Shown in pieces: positions 50,365-61,850 of a stretch of 64,000 nt of DNA. The stretch comes from Vicugna vicugna (Eukaryota). The stretch covers positions 2,386,686 to 2,450,685 of the forward strand of contig MU058337.1 of NCBI GenBank assembly GCA_013265495.1, given 5' to 3'. The notes below the pieces were generated by a model that was not told the origin of the DNA, searched no databases, and saw only the letters and a list, made by a program, of their open reading frames with translations. Position 1 is the stretch's first letter; each line of letters begins with the position of its first letter. The translations under genes were made by a program, and so were the position numbers.

Positions 50365-51603
50365 GCCACCATCCACTGTGACACAAGCCTGAAGCAGAAT
50401 CAGGGAGCACACATGTTTAGTTAAAGCTGGGACCTTTGATAAACAAGTGCCAGGCTACAAAGGAGAAAACCAATTTCTTGTTTCTATCGCGAACTGAAAG
50501 TTATTCTAGGATTACATTTGAGCCTAATTATTCCAAGAAGATGCCAACTCAGGAAGTGTTCAGAGTATCACCAAATATAAACAAGAGGCATCAAATCTGG
50601 GTGCACAGAGTCTTGCTTTTTGCTGCCTCTTCAAAAGAATCTCTGGCATTCGAGATGCGAACAATGAGAAAAGTCTGTGAGCGATGCACACGCAGAAATG
50701 TTTGAAAATCACCCTGGGAAGTTATGATTGTCCCTGTTTACCTGGGAATGTTTGCTTTGAGACTTAGAAATGATTTGGTTTGGGGGGTACAGGGAAAGTG
50801 CTTCTAAGAAGCAAACCCTGAAAACCATCTCAATTCCACATGAGCCAAGGGCCGTTGTCATCAATCTTGAGGGTCATCGCCTGCAGGGAGCTGCGCACCA
50901 CAGGAGACACGTGCAGGACAAGGCCTCTTGCTTCAAGGACTTTGTCAAAATGAATATAATACAGAAATATATAGAAATATTTTAAAAGGAAAGAAAAACT
51001 TTAAAAAATGAAAGTGAAAAAAATGAGATCAGAGTTATTCCTCTGCAGAAATAATTGGCCCTCCGCGGGACGAGGACCTGCACACGCGTGGACTCAGAGT
51101 GGGTTTGCAGAGGTGCATGGTGTGGCTGCAGCACACAGCCGGTTCTTTGCTCCTATCCTCGCCGCGCTTCTGCTCTTAAAGAATTCCTCTGTCGGAGTGA
51201 GTAGTCTGGGCAAATTTCCATGGGAATTAGTGGTGGCCAAGGGACATCACTACTTTGAGAATACTTTCCAGAACATCTGCAGAGAGTAAACGGAGGCTCC
51301 CTGGGTGTGGTGCCAAACGCTGGATGAAGGGGTGCCTGCCTGGATCTAGCCTGCTGGCCCTGCCACCCAGTGCAGAGGCTGAGCTCTGAAGGACCAGGTT
51401 CTCACTGCTTGGGGTCAAGGAGACGGACAGAAACGGGCCCACACCTGGCTGCTCTGGGTGTGCGGGGGCGGGAGAGGTGAGGAAGGGAGACGTTCCTCCG
51501 AGGATTTGGTTCCAGCACTCATGCCGCCCTATAGAGCAGCCAGATCCATTGATTAGTTCAGGAGAAAATCTTTGAGATTTGTCAGCTAACATAAAAATCA
51601 TGT

Positions 51604-51648
51604 GAATGAAGACAAACAGATGGCCAATAGGCACATGAAAAAAATGTT
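51604..51648 (+). mobile_element. Very short internal L1 ORF2 fragment
   Basis: gaagacaaacagatggccaataggcacatgaaaaaaatg encodes EDKQMANRHMKK (L1 ORF2 motif EDIQMANRHMKKC). Confidence 0.7.
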
Positions 51649-52654
51649 TCTACATTGGTCCTTGAGTTGAGAAGGGTGAGAGGATCTTAGCAGCGCCTGG
51701 GTTCTTTGGACTCAGGTGACCCCTGACAGAAAGGAGACTTACCCAGATTGGCGAGGGCCCCGGGGAAATGGGTACAAGTACCCAACTAAGGAACGAAAGA
51801 CGTTATTTTCTGTCATCAGTCCAGTCTGTGCGGGCTGTAGTGAAGGAATGTTTCCCCGGGGGGGTTAAGGAGAAACTTGCAATTTCCCCCTCCTGTCCCC
51901 GGGGATCCCACTGCTTTTCAGCAGTCGGGAATGTATTTCATTTAAGGCCAGGAGCAACCTCGGCACCAAACGGTGGTTCTGAGAAACTCAGAGGTGGTGA
52001 ATGTCTAGTTTAATTTCCTACGACGGACATGAAAAGCTGATCTTTGTACAGACACGCAGCGTCAAAAACTCTAACATCTTGTGATGAAAAGCAAACAAAG
52101 CATCTCTTAAAAAATTTCATTAAGTCCATGAAACCCGTGTAAATGCTTGAAGGGGAACTGAGGAACATCAGAGAGCTCACAGCATGACGAGGCTCCAAGG
52201 CGTTTATTGCTACATCAAGTTACAAGAAAAAGGTCTGGTATTTTCTCTACTTAAAAGACATTAAGTGACTCCCAAATCCTATTCAGTAAATATGTAAACA
52301 ATGCTCACTGATCATGAAAAGTAGGGACAGTGTCTGTGAGTCTTGACACCTGAGAGATGTTCTTTCAAGCAACAGTTCCAATTTGGTCAGCCTGAGAGTA
52401 GATTTTGGAAACAAAAATAATACTTAATTACCTACGTTTACTTCCAGCTTAATGCGTCTCAGAATGGAAGGGAAAGCCAAGAGCAGTTTTCACTTTTGAG
52501 GATGACCGGAAGTGAGTTTACTAGCGCACAGATGAAATAGTTCATGTTTGAAATTCAAATCTACTCTTGGAAGATAATTAGGTACAAATATGCTCAAAAT
52601 TCAGTCGTACTTAAATAGTTTGGAGGTGTCTTAACTCACACCTTGATGGGTCAC

Positions 52655-53080
52655 TCTCACACTAAATATTGACTGAGCTTCACTCTGCGGCAGGTACTAA
52701 GCAGATGCTCTATTTGGCCCAGGGGGTATTAAGGTGAGTAAGATGGATGGGCCTGCCTTCCAGGGAGTCACCCGCACCCAGAGAAGAGACAACATGGCAT
52801 GAAATTAATTAGGGTCCACATGGTAGGCACCACCAGTGGGGGGTCCACACGGTAGGTACTCCCGATGGGGGTGGAAACAGCTGAGAAACACACCTCTGTG
52901 CTTGGGTGTGCAGACGAGAACAGGGCTTCATGGAGGAGGAGAACTTCCTGATGAACCTTGAACATCACTTAAAAGGCAACTAGGGACATTTGGGGCAACG
53001 GGATTCACACAGGTAAGGTCCTGAAGAAAGATGAGCATGTTTGTGACTCTAGGTAGTTTGGTGTGTTTCGGTGAGAAAAT
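52655..53080 (-). mobile_element. L2 3' portion (antisense)
   Basis: aaatattgactgagcttcactctgcggcaggtact...gcctgccttccagggagtcac...cagggcttcatggaggagg. Confidence 0.7.
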
Positions 53081-54206
53081 GGGTCAAGTAAGACATGTTG
53101 ATATTTATAGATACATAAAATAAGACAAATAGGACTTACGTTTTATTATGAGAATTCAACATTTTATAGGTAAAATTTTTCATAAAAAAAGCTCAGAAAA
53201 TAAAACTGCTTTACACAGGGAGTATTGTTGTATGAGTTTATAAAGCCTTATTTGATGCTTGATACCTGAAATTTCCTTCCATCTTCATTTTTTACCACCT
53301 CCCCTCCCACAAAAGAGAAGTCAGGACCAAAGCAGGCATGGCAGTCCTCGTGGGAGTTGGGTATCAGCCACCTCACTGTCGCCCAGATCCTGTGGCAATT
53401 GTATTATGCTGCGGGTAAAATGTGAAATTGATTCTTAACAGCAAGCATTCATTTCTTTTGGTTTAATGCGATTCCCATATAACTTTTTCTGAAGAGCAAT
53501 ATGTACATTTTAAGATTATATAAATGGTAAATTTAATTAATTCCTATATATCTTCATTTGAGCAAGATACTACTTAAAAAAGAAAAAACAGATGAGTGTT
53601 TTAAAAGTCTGTGTTGTTTTGGGCACAACTTTTTGCATTTTGAGGGAAGGAAAATTAACATTTTTGGCAAAAATAAAAATAGCCCCTAAACTCTTAAATG
53701 TTTGCCTCCACATTTTTGAAAGAATTCCAAACACGGCCAAGGACAGTCTCCCAAATCAAGGGAGTGTGCTGTGAAGTCCCCATTAATGTTACTGGGCTCC
53801 TGTAGCTAACCCCCTGCCTCAGATCTTTGATATGTTTCCTCATTTATAATGAACACTATTGTTTACTTCTTTTAATTCTTCCCATTTTGGTAAGAGGTTG
53901 TGTAAATCTAGTAATGTCATCTGATCTTACTAGCTTTGACAGCATGTAACAGACTTCTTTTTAAAACTCATTAGGCAAGGGGAAAATATTTCCAAGCACT
54001 CAGTTGAACAGAAGCTATCCCCACAATAGACTGCAATGTGCCTGCATCATTCAGTGGTTTGTTGGTTGGCTTCCAGAGTTGGAGGTGACATTTTTTTCTA
54101 GCCCAATGCCAAATGCCACACCAGTCCTTGTTTTCCAGGCAATGGGAGCTCTGGGGCCCAGGCAGAGCAAAGGAATTGAGGAGGCCATTTCAACAAGGAA
54201 AGTTTT

Positions 54207-54783
54207 ATTTTATTTTAATTAATTAATTAATTATTTTATTTTATTTTATTTTATTTTATTTTATTTTATTTATCTGTGTACTGGCTTTTTTAAAGTGGTT
54301 TACATTCCAGTTGTGACTTTCTCTTTCCTATAAATTCTTGCTTCTTTTCCATTCAGAGAAGGACTGTTGATATTTCTTTTATGGTAGGTTTAGTACTGCT
54401 GCATTCTCTTAGTTTTTGTTTGAGAAATTCCTTCTCTCTTCTGTATGCTAAATGATGACCTTGCTGGGGAGAGTGTCCTAGGTTGAAGACTTTTTCCTTT
54501 CAGGACTTTGAACATAGTTTGCCATTCCCTGCTAGCCAGCAACATTTCTGTAGAGAAATCAGCTAATAGCCTTATGGGGGTTCCCTTGCAATTAACTCTG
54601 TTTGTCTCTTGCTGCCTTTAGAAGCCTCTTTTTATATTTAACTTTTGCCATTTTCATTATAGTATGTCTTGGTGTGGGTTTGTTTGGGTTCATCTTGTTT
54701 GGGATCCTCTGTGCTTCTTGTACCTGAATATCTTTTTCCTTTTTCAGGTCTGGAAAGTTTTTAGCCATAATTTCTTCAAGTAG
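54207..54783 (-). mobile_element. ORF1: L1 insertion made of the ORF1 3' half, a short spacer and a (TAAAA)n tail, with TSD
   Basis: Minus-strand translation EEIMAKNFPDLKKEKDIQVQEAQRIPNKMNPNKPTPRH..KKRLLKAAR..KGTPIRLLADFSTE..REWQ..FKVLK is L1 ORF1p; tail at ~54203-54272; TSD caaggaaagtttt (54194-54206) / caaggaacgtttt (54784-54796). Confidence 0.9.
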
Positions 54784-56876
54784 CAAGGAACGTTTTTAAT
54801 TAGAGGGAGGGGTGATGGGAGAAATCATCAGGGTTTCAACTGCACACACTTTCACAATCAACTATTTGGATGAATAAGAGAGGAAGTGAAAGTGCATGTA
54901 AAGTGGCACATCCAATTCTTGGAGAAGGATGTCACAGCCCTTAGGTGGAGGGTGTGCTGCTCTGATCCTTCTATCTTAAAGGGGAGCCTAGAGCATAAGA
55001 GACAAAAATGTTTCTATTCTCAAGGCAAGGGGACAGGCATTCAACCCGGAAAGGATTTCTGGTCCCACAACGAGATAAATTAAAATGTTACATTTTATTA
55101 ACGTTCTCCTCCAAACAGTAACTTTCAAAATGATATTTTTTTTCCCAGTGGGAGCTCAGTAGTTAGGTTGGATGGAAACAGTCACGCCTGAGACACACAC
55201 ATAGAATATGCAATTCTAACTGCAGAACAATGGGACCATCCTCCCTCTTAAGGATTTGCTGGCTGCCCAGACCCCCCAGGCAGGCTGAGGCTGGCTTCTT
55301 CTTAGTGACACCTCCTTTTTTACTTAGAGTAAGGCTCTGTAATGCCCGTTGTTTTCCTGCAAACTGTTCTTAGGCTGGTTAGGCAGAGTCAACTTTCACA
55401 TGGAACTTACTGTTCTAAGAACAGAACTTGTATTATTAGCTTATTTAACTACATACACTAGAAGGTACTTTCCTTTATTAACCTGTATAAAAATGAGAAA
55501 AAAGATGCACAAAGCGATTAAGTAACATCAAAGTAAGTGAAGTAATCAGGCTTGGAGACTGTTGTAACAACTACTCCTTTATAGAGTTTGGATTACTCTG
55601 TAAAAAGTTTTAAGCCATTGGAGCCATCCTCTTACATCCTATACAATAAATAAATGCAGCATTCTTTTAATAAAATGATGCTTTTGCCTATTGCCCACTG
55701 TTCTGTATAATATACTTGTAGTTATTTTGCTGGCAATGATGATTTTTCCTTCACTGATTTATTCATATCCTAGCAGGTATCCTTATGATCAAATTTAGGA
55801 TCCATCCATTTATTCAGATTTGGGGACAAACTTCCTCTTTGTAGGAAATTAGTACATGATCTTGGGATAAGTAACATGATGCTTTAAACAATTACATTAG
55901 ACATTCATCATAAAGATTGCTGTACTTTGATTTACCTGGTAGAAATTAACTGTATTTTTCATTTGGGCACTGTTACCAGAATGTTCAGGTTTAGTTAAAA
56001 TCATTGAAGTTATGTGCTAAACTGAATGAAGATGGCTGGATAAGTAAAAATGCTTAAAAAAGTAATTTAGAAAATAAGTGATTTTAATTTTAGTACAAAA
56101 TGCAAAGGAATAGGTGGGTTTTTTTGTGATGCTTTGATTGAACTTCATCTCCTCCCTGTCTAATATATCAGTAATAAATGCCTTAGAGCCAACAGGAAAC
56201 AAAAGAATTGGAGCACATTTTTGTTGTGCTATTTTCCTCTAAATTTCTGAAACTAGTCTTCCCCACACTTTGAGTTCTAAGAATTGAAGTGTGCTGATCT
56301 AGGGGACATAGAAACAGATCGGGAAAGAGCTTGATGGAAGCAAGCACTGAGACCAGAAAGGTAAATGTCCAACTTTCATTTTAACTGTAGATGAGCAATG
56401 CTTTGAGACACTAATTCATGTTTTTCATTTAGCATTTTCATCTCTTCTTTCTCCATTCAGGCCAAAAATTGCCTACAAGTGTTCTCTACAAATTTCTAAA
56501 ACTTGAGTCTATAGGTGGACTTAAAGCATTTGATGAGATCAAAGAGGAAAATAAAGCAGTTTGCTAGGAAAAACAGGTTGACTTGGGATAAGCAGGTTGG
56601 AGAGGGAGGTAGTCCCCAGGTGGGGGTAAAAAGAGGGCACTGCAGTAGGGATCCTGGCAAGGCTTATTGTTGGTGGCCAAGGAGGAGGACCCTGAATGGG
56701 TCATCAAAGCAGACAGGACCTCACAAATAATGTTGCTCTGCACCATGGCACAGGAAAAAATAAAAGAAAAGATGCAAGACATAAAGAAGCCATAGGTAAA
56801 GAAGAGTGCGTATTATCATAATATTATGATGAATAGGACACCAGTGACCACAGCCCTTCCCTGCCTGTGGGACAGA

Positions 56877-56877
<1 letters not shown>

Positions 56878-56908
<31 letters not shown>
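56878..56908. repeat. (CA)n microsatellite
   Basis: acacatacacacacacacacacacacacac. Confidence 0.95.
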
Positions 56909-59900
56909 TTTTGCACTTTATGACTCTTCAAGAACAATACTTGATTAACCTCAAACTTAAACTGATATAATTGAAAACAGAAAAATGGAATGTTCTTTGT
57001 ACATCTCTGATTTTGGACTGAGATTCACAGCCTCCACATGCTCCTTTAACACACCAGGCTTTTAGAGGTGATGAGAGCAATTCAGCCCTCATTCACCTGT
57101 CCTTGGATTAGCTGAAGCAAGCCTTTAATTTTAGAGTGGTTGTGTAACCTACTACTGAATTCTGAATCCTCTAAAAGGTTTTGGATGTTTTAGTATTAAA
57201 ATAAAGCAAGTGTAATTTGGCAGATAAGAGGACTAAGGTATGATTCCATGACAGATTCAAATATAAGGCTCAATGCATCCGAGTTCATCGCTTCCCTTCC
57301 CACTAATGTGGGTCTGTTGTAGATCCTTGGGTTTGATGGCTTGAGTACTTCTTGAGAAGATACTTTTCCAGTCTCACAGGAGGATGTCTCTGAGATAGAA
57401 ATAGTGATAGTATGAATCTGAAGGACAAGCTGGGAGAGGAAGTTCTCTCCTCTCTTGTCTCTGTTAGAGCCACATTGGAATCAGTATTACAAAGTAAGAA
57501 GCAGTAAAACTACTCATCCCCAAACGAAAATAAATAAAGCCATTTCATTGGATGATCATCTAGTCAATCTTAAAACTCCCAACTCTCAAGAACCTGGAGA
57601 AAAGGGGAGAGGAGTCTGAATCCTCCCTGGAGTGAAAGAAACCATTGCTAGAAGTCCCGCAGGGGTGCTGGCAGCACAGGCTGTCGCAGCTCATTCTACT
57701 CATGTGTCCTGGACACGTTTTAGTTCCTTGGCTTCATGCCAGACCCTGGAGATAGCAACATTGAAAGCCAGGACATCAAGCCAGAGGTCTTAAAACAATG
57801 CCTGGTATATTAGAGGCAGCTGGTAAGTAAACACTGTAAGTGTATTTAGTAACGCCATTGGTTTGAGTAAAGTATATACCACACACTTCAAGTAGAGTGA
57901 GTATGGCTAGCAGGAGTATCCATCAGAAAACTCACGATCAACATGAGATGAGAAAGAGGAAGAGAACTTAGCTGCAGTTGAAAAACTTAGTTTTCTCACT
58001 GCGGGGAAGAGGAGATTTAAAAATGAGTAAGTAATTTCCAAGTGAATATTCAAAGAAGAAGGAATGAAAGTGAGAGAGAAAGCACGGTGAGTGCTGGGAG
58101 CCAGAGAGTGCTGAGTTACGCCGGGTGAGGAGGGGCAGGCTTACCGGGGCTCCCTGAGGATGCTCGTTTCCTGGGCGCTGCGCTGCTTGCTGGAGCGTCT
58201 CAATAGATACCCAGGTATCCTTACGGGAACTGGTGAGCACTGAGGCAGCAGGATCAACAGTGTCAAGTACAGCACCCAGCCTCCCTCAAACCTCCTGAGA
58301 AAAGAGGAAAGTTCCAGCAATAGCAGGGGTCACGAGCATGTACAAGGAATTTGGATAGAAAGCAAGAACGTTTGGGGATAGTCGGTGCCCTTTCTCCATC
58401 TAACAAGACTATTCTTCATAGACAATGACCTCGAAGGCTCAAACGCCCTTGATGGGAGCTGAGGCAGCCTCCCCTTGGCTTCAGGCGAGGAAAGAGGGTG
58501 ACCAGAAGTCCCTCCCCTTTCCATGGCTTTTCTGCTGGTTTTAGTCTGACAAGTGTAACGTAAGCCGTCAAAATTTAAAAGAAGCAGACCTTTAGACCTC
58601 ACACCGTTATGTGGCTACATTTACAGGAAATGGCAATATCCCAAGCTGTAAACGGTATTTTCGGTGCCTACCTAGGCATTCAGGGAAGAAGCACTTAAGA
58701 ACAAGCTGAAAATAGCAAAATTATTCTATCAGCAAATCCCCAAAGTAATCAGCTACAGTACAACAACAACGAAAGCTTCCCTTTTGCCTTAAAAAAGTTT
58801 CTAATTGTCTTCAAAGCAAAGTCAAATTAATGCAGTACTTCCAGTCTGATAGTTTTTGCCTCCACCAGTTAAGGAATTCATTAGACTGTGCTGTCTAATC
58901 TCCCTTGGAGAGGTAAGGCCCTGGCAACTATGATTCATGGAAAAACTGAATATTCCTTTTATGCACATTATAAAAATAATAATTTTAAGGTTAAGGCTAT
59001 TTGCTCACTGGTTCGACTGCTCTTGTATTTTTTTTTGTCAAGTTTTCCCTTTAGCTTGATTTTATCATTTAAATCTGTAATCTGATTAGCACTTAGCACA
59101 AATTTTGGGAAAATAAAGTGTAGCCATTCTTGCTAACATTCTACAGCTGTTTAAGGGGCAAAAAAAAAAAAACTTAAAGGAAATTCTTCTATGCAAGAGT
59201 TTCCAATTAGGTTACAGACCACTTTTTAGATGCTGGTGGAGGTGCATGACTACCCCGACTTTCCAAATGGTGTGGAAACTCTCACAATCCTCTCACGGCA
59301 AAAACCTGGCAATTGGATAGGAAACAGGTATGAATGAGGAAAGAAACATAATATTCTTTAAGATCAGAATAGTTCAATCTGTAAGAGTAGATCTATCAAA
59401 GTTAGGTGAGTGATTTGACTCCTTAAAACAGGTGTCTAACATCACATGTTCCTGTACTCCTTTGAAAGATGCTGTCTGCTTTAGTTTTTTCCATGGAGAA
59501 AGGCATGTTTTGTGACTATTGTAGAGATTATTTGCAAAGCTATAAATACATCTTAGGCTTTTTTCTCAAGCATTATGATTAATTTATTTAGAGCCTAGAT
59601 TATAACATTTAAAGTACTACACAGAGAGATTATAAATAACGTCATAGTAAATTTGGACAAAATATCTCGATAAACTGCATGCTACCATACTTTCTGGCAT
59701 CTATTTTAAATAACCAGAAAACAGTTAAGAATGATCAGGTTTTTTCACTTTTCTCCTCTTTTTCTTTTCACTCCTCACGCTCATTCTCTTAATGAGAAAA
59801 TACAGGAAAAAGTCAACAAATCAGGATGGGGATGAATGGTTTCACTTAAAAATAGTGAGGTCAAGGAAGGACTCATAACAATGGTGCTTGAAATAATAAG

Positions 59901-60604
59901 GCAAGAAAATGCTACTAAAAGACAAAACATGCACATGCATATTTATTCATGTATATATGAGAACGTTAATAAATATGTACACATTTTACTTAACGTTACA
60001 GAAAATGAGTATTTAATATGCCTGTATGCCTATGTAGGTTTCTATTTGATACAGAAAATGAGAATATAAAGTGCTCTACTATGGGCGTCTAGAAACTGTA
60101 AATGTCACAGAAACCCACATTGTAAATTAATTTTTTCAGTAAAGTAGATAGTCTGGTGTGGTTAAGAATGCATTTTTAATGTAAATGTACTGTTGGCGTT
60201 GACACAATACAGGGGAAAATTAACGACACTGAGCAAAACACTTTCTTCTTACGCTTCTTATTAAGTTCCTTTAAGTTTCCTCCTCTCCAGTAGCTAAACT
60301 TCACAACCAAATTCGCTTTCTCTCAGCTGGTTGTCCTCTGTACTTCTCCTATCACTTTAAAAGTTACTGGTTTTGATGATTATTTTAAATTCTCATAACG
60401 TCGGACCTAGGAATGTGACAGTAGGTACACTGGCTTTGAAAAAGGCTCTGATTCAGAAGATCAGCTCTGTGTCTCTGTACCAACCTTCCTGATTCCAAAC
60501 CCCATTCCTTCTCCCCGTGATCTCCACCTCCAATGTTAGGCCCGTGCATTTTTTCAGAAGACAATGTCACAATATAGAATTCACTTTATAGAATTCTCTC
60601 TCTC

Positions 60605-60897
60605 TTTTTTTTTTAATTGAAGTATGGTGCTTTACAATGTGTCAATTTCTAATGTGCAGCATAACGTCCCAATTATATGTACATATATATATTCATTTTC
60701 ATATTCTTATTAAAGGTTGTGACAAAATATTGACTATAGTTCTCTGTGCTATACAGAAGAAATGTATTTTTAAAATCTATTTTTATATATAGTGGTTATC
60801 ATTTGCAAATCTCAAACTCCCAGATTTATCCCTTCCCACCCCCTTTCCCCAGGCATAGTTAACAATCTAATGGTTACGGGGTGGGGGGAAGGGGGTG
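60605..60897 (-). mobile_element. Young L1 3' end with an inverted 5' segment
   Basis: Poly-T, then attgaagtat..tacaatgtgtcaatttct..ctgtgctatacagaagaaa..catttgcaaatctcaaactcccagatttatcccttcccacccc; 60851-60897 is in the opposite orientation. Confidence 0.85.
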
Positions 60898-61431
60898 CCC
60901 TTTGGATTTTCAATTGTTTTTACACAGTGTGAACAATGACACATCAACACCTTGTTGAGGTAGAAGGTACCACGTGGTTAAGTGCATGACCTCCGCGAGA
61001 GAACTAAGGATTTCGCTCTGGAATTGATTGGAGTGGCCCCGTGAGAGAAATCAGCCAGCACTCTAAGCATGGGCTGCCATCGATGCCTTTGTTTATACAG
61101 CCCGTGTCAGCCCACTTAAGTGCATTATTAATGGTTTATGTGACTCTTTGATGTTGGGTATCAGTGTTTCCATACAATGAAAGACGATAAAGTGATGCTA
61201 TTTTTATTGCACACTTTAATTGCTCATTGTTAAAAATTGCACATTGTTCCCTTCCCTTTCAGTTCCTTCGTGACTTAATATTGCATGGTCATCTTTCAGG
61301 GTGGTCAAATTACTCTCATACTGTTGTATCTTTTTCCTTTTTCTTTTTACCTTTTTTTTTTTCCCAGAAAAGGAGATCAATTCTTGTTCACGGATAATTT
61401 GCCCTTTACTTTTACACACTTTTCTATAGCA

Positions 61432-61850
61432 TTTATTCTTTTTTGTTATCAAGATTTTACTTTTTAGAGCAGTTTTAGGTTTACGACATTATTGAGAGGA
61501 AGGTACCGAGATTTCTCATATATTCCCTGGCCCCACACACGCACAGCCTTCCCCTTTATCAACAGCATCACTCCCCAGAGTGGTACATCTTTTACCGAAG
61601 ATGTACCGAAGTACATCTTTTACGTTGACATCATAATTATCCAAAACCCTCAGTTTACCTTAGGACTCACTCTTGGTGTTGTAAATTCTATGGGTTTGGA
61701 CAAACGTATAAGGACGTATATCCATCATGATAGTATCAGAGAGAGTATTTCCACAGCCCTGAATATCTTCTGTGCTCTGCCAGTCTCCCCCAAACCACTG
61801 ATCTTTTTATTGTCTCCATAGTTTTGCCTTTTCCAGAATATCACATAATC
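61432..61850 (-). mobile_element. L1MC1/L1MC2-like 3'UTR (antisense)
   Basis: tttttagagcagttttaggtttac...gaaggtaccgagatttc...cagagtggtacat...cactcttggtgttgtaaattctatgggtttggacaaa...tgtctccatagttttgccttttccagaat. Confidence 0.9.

Noticed and set aside
61492..61821. 109-aa ORF
   Set aside because: Antisense reading of an L1MC 3'UTR.
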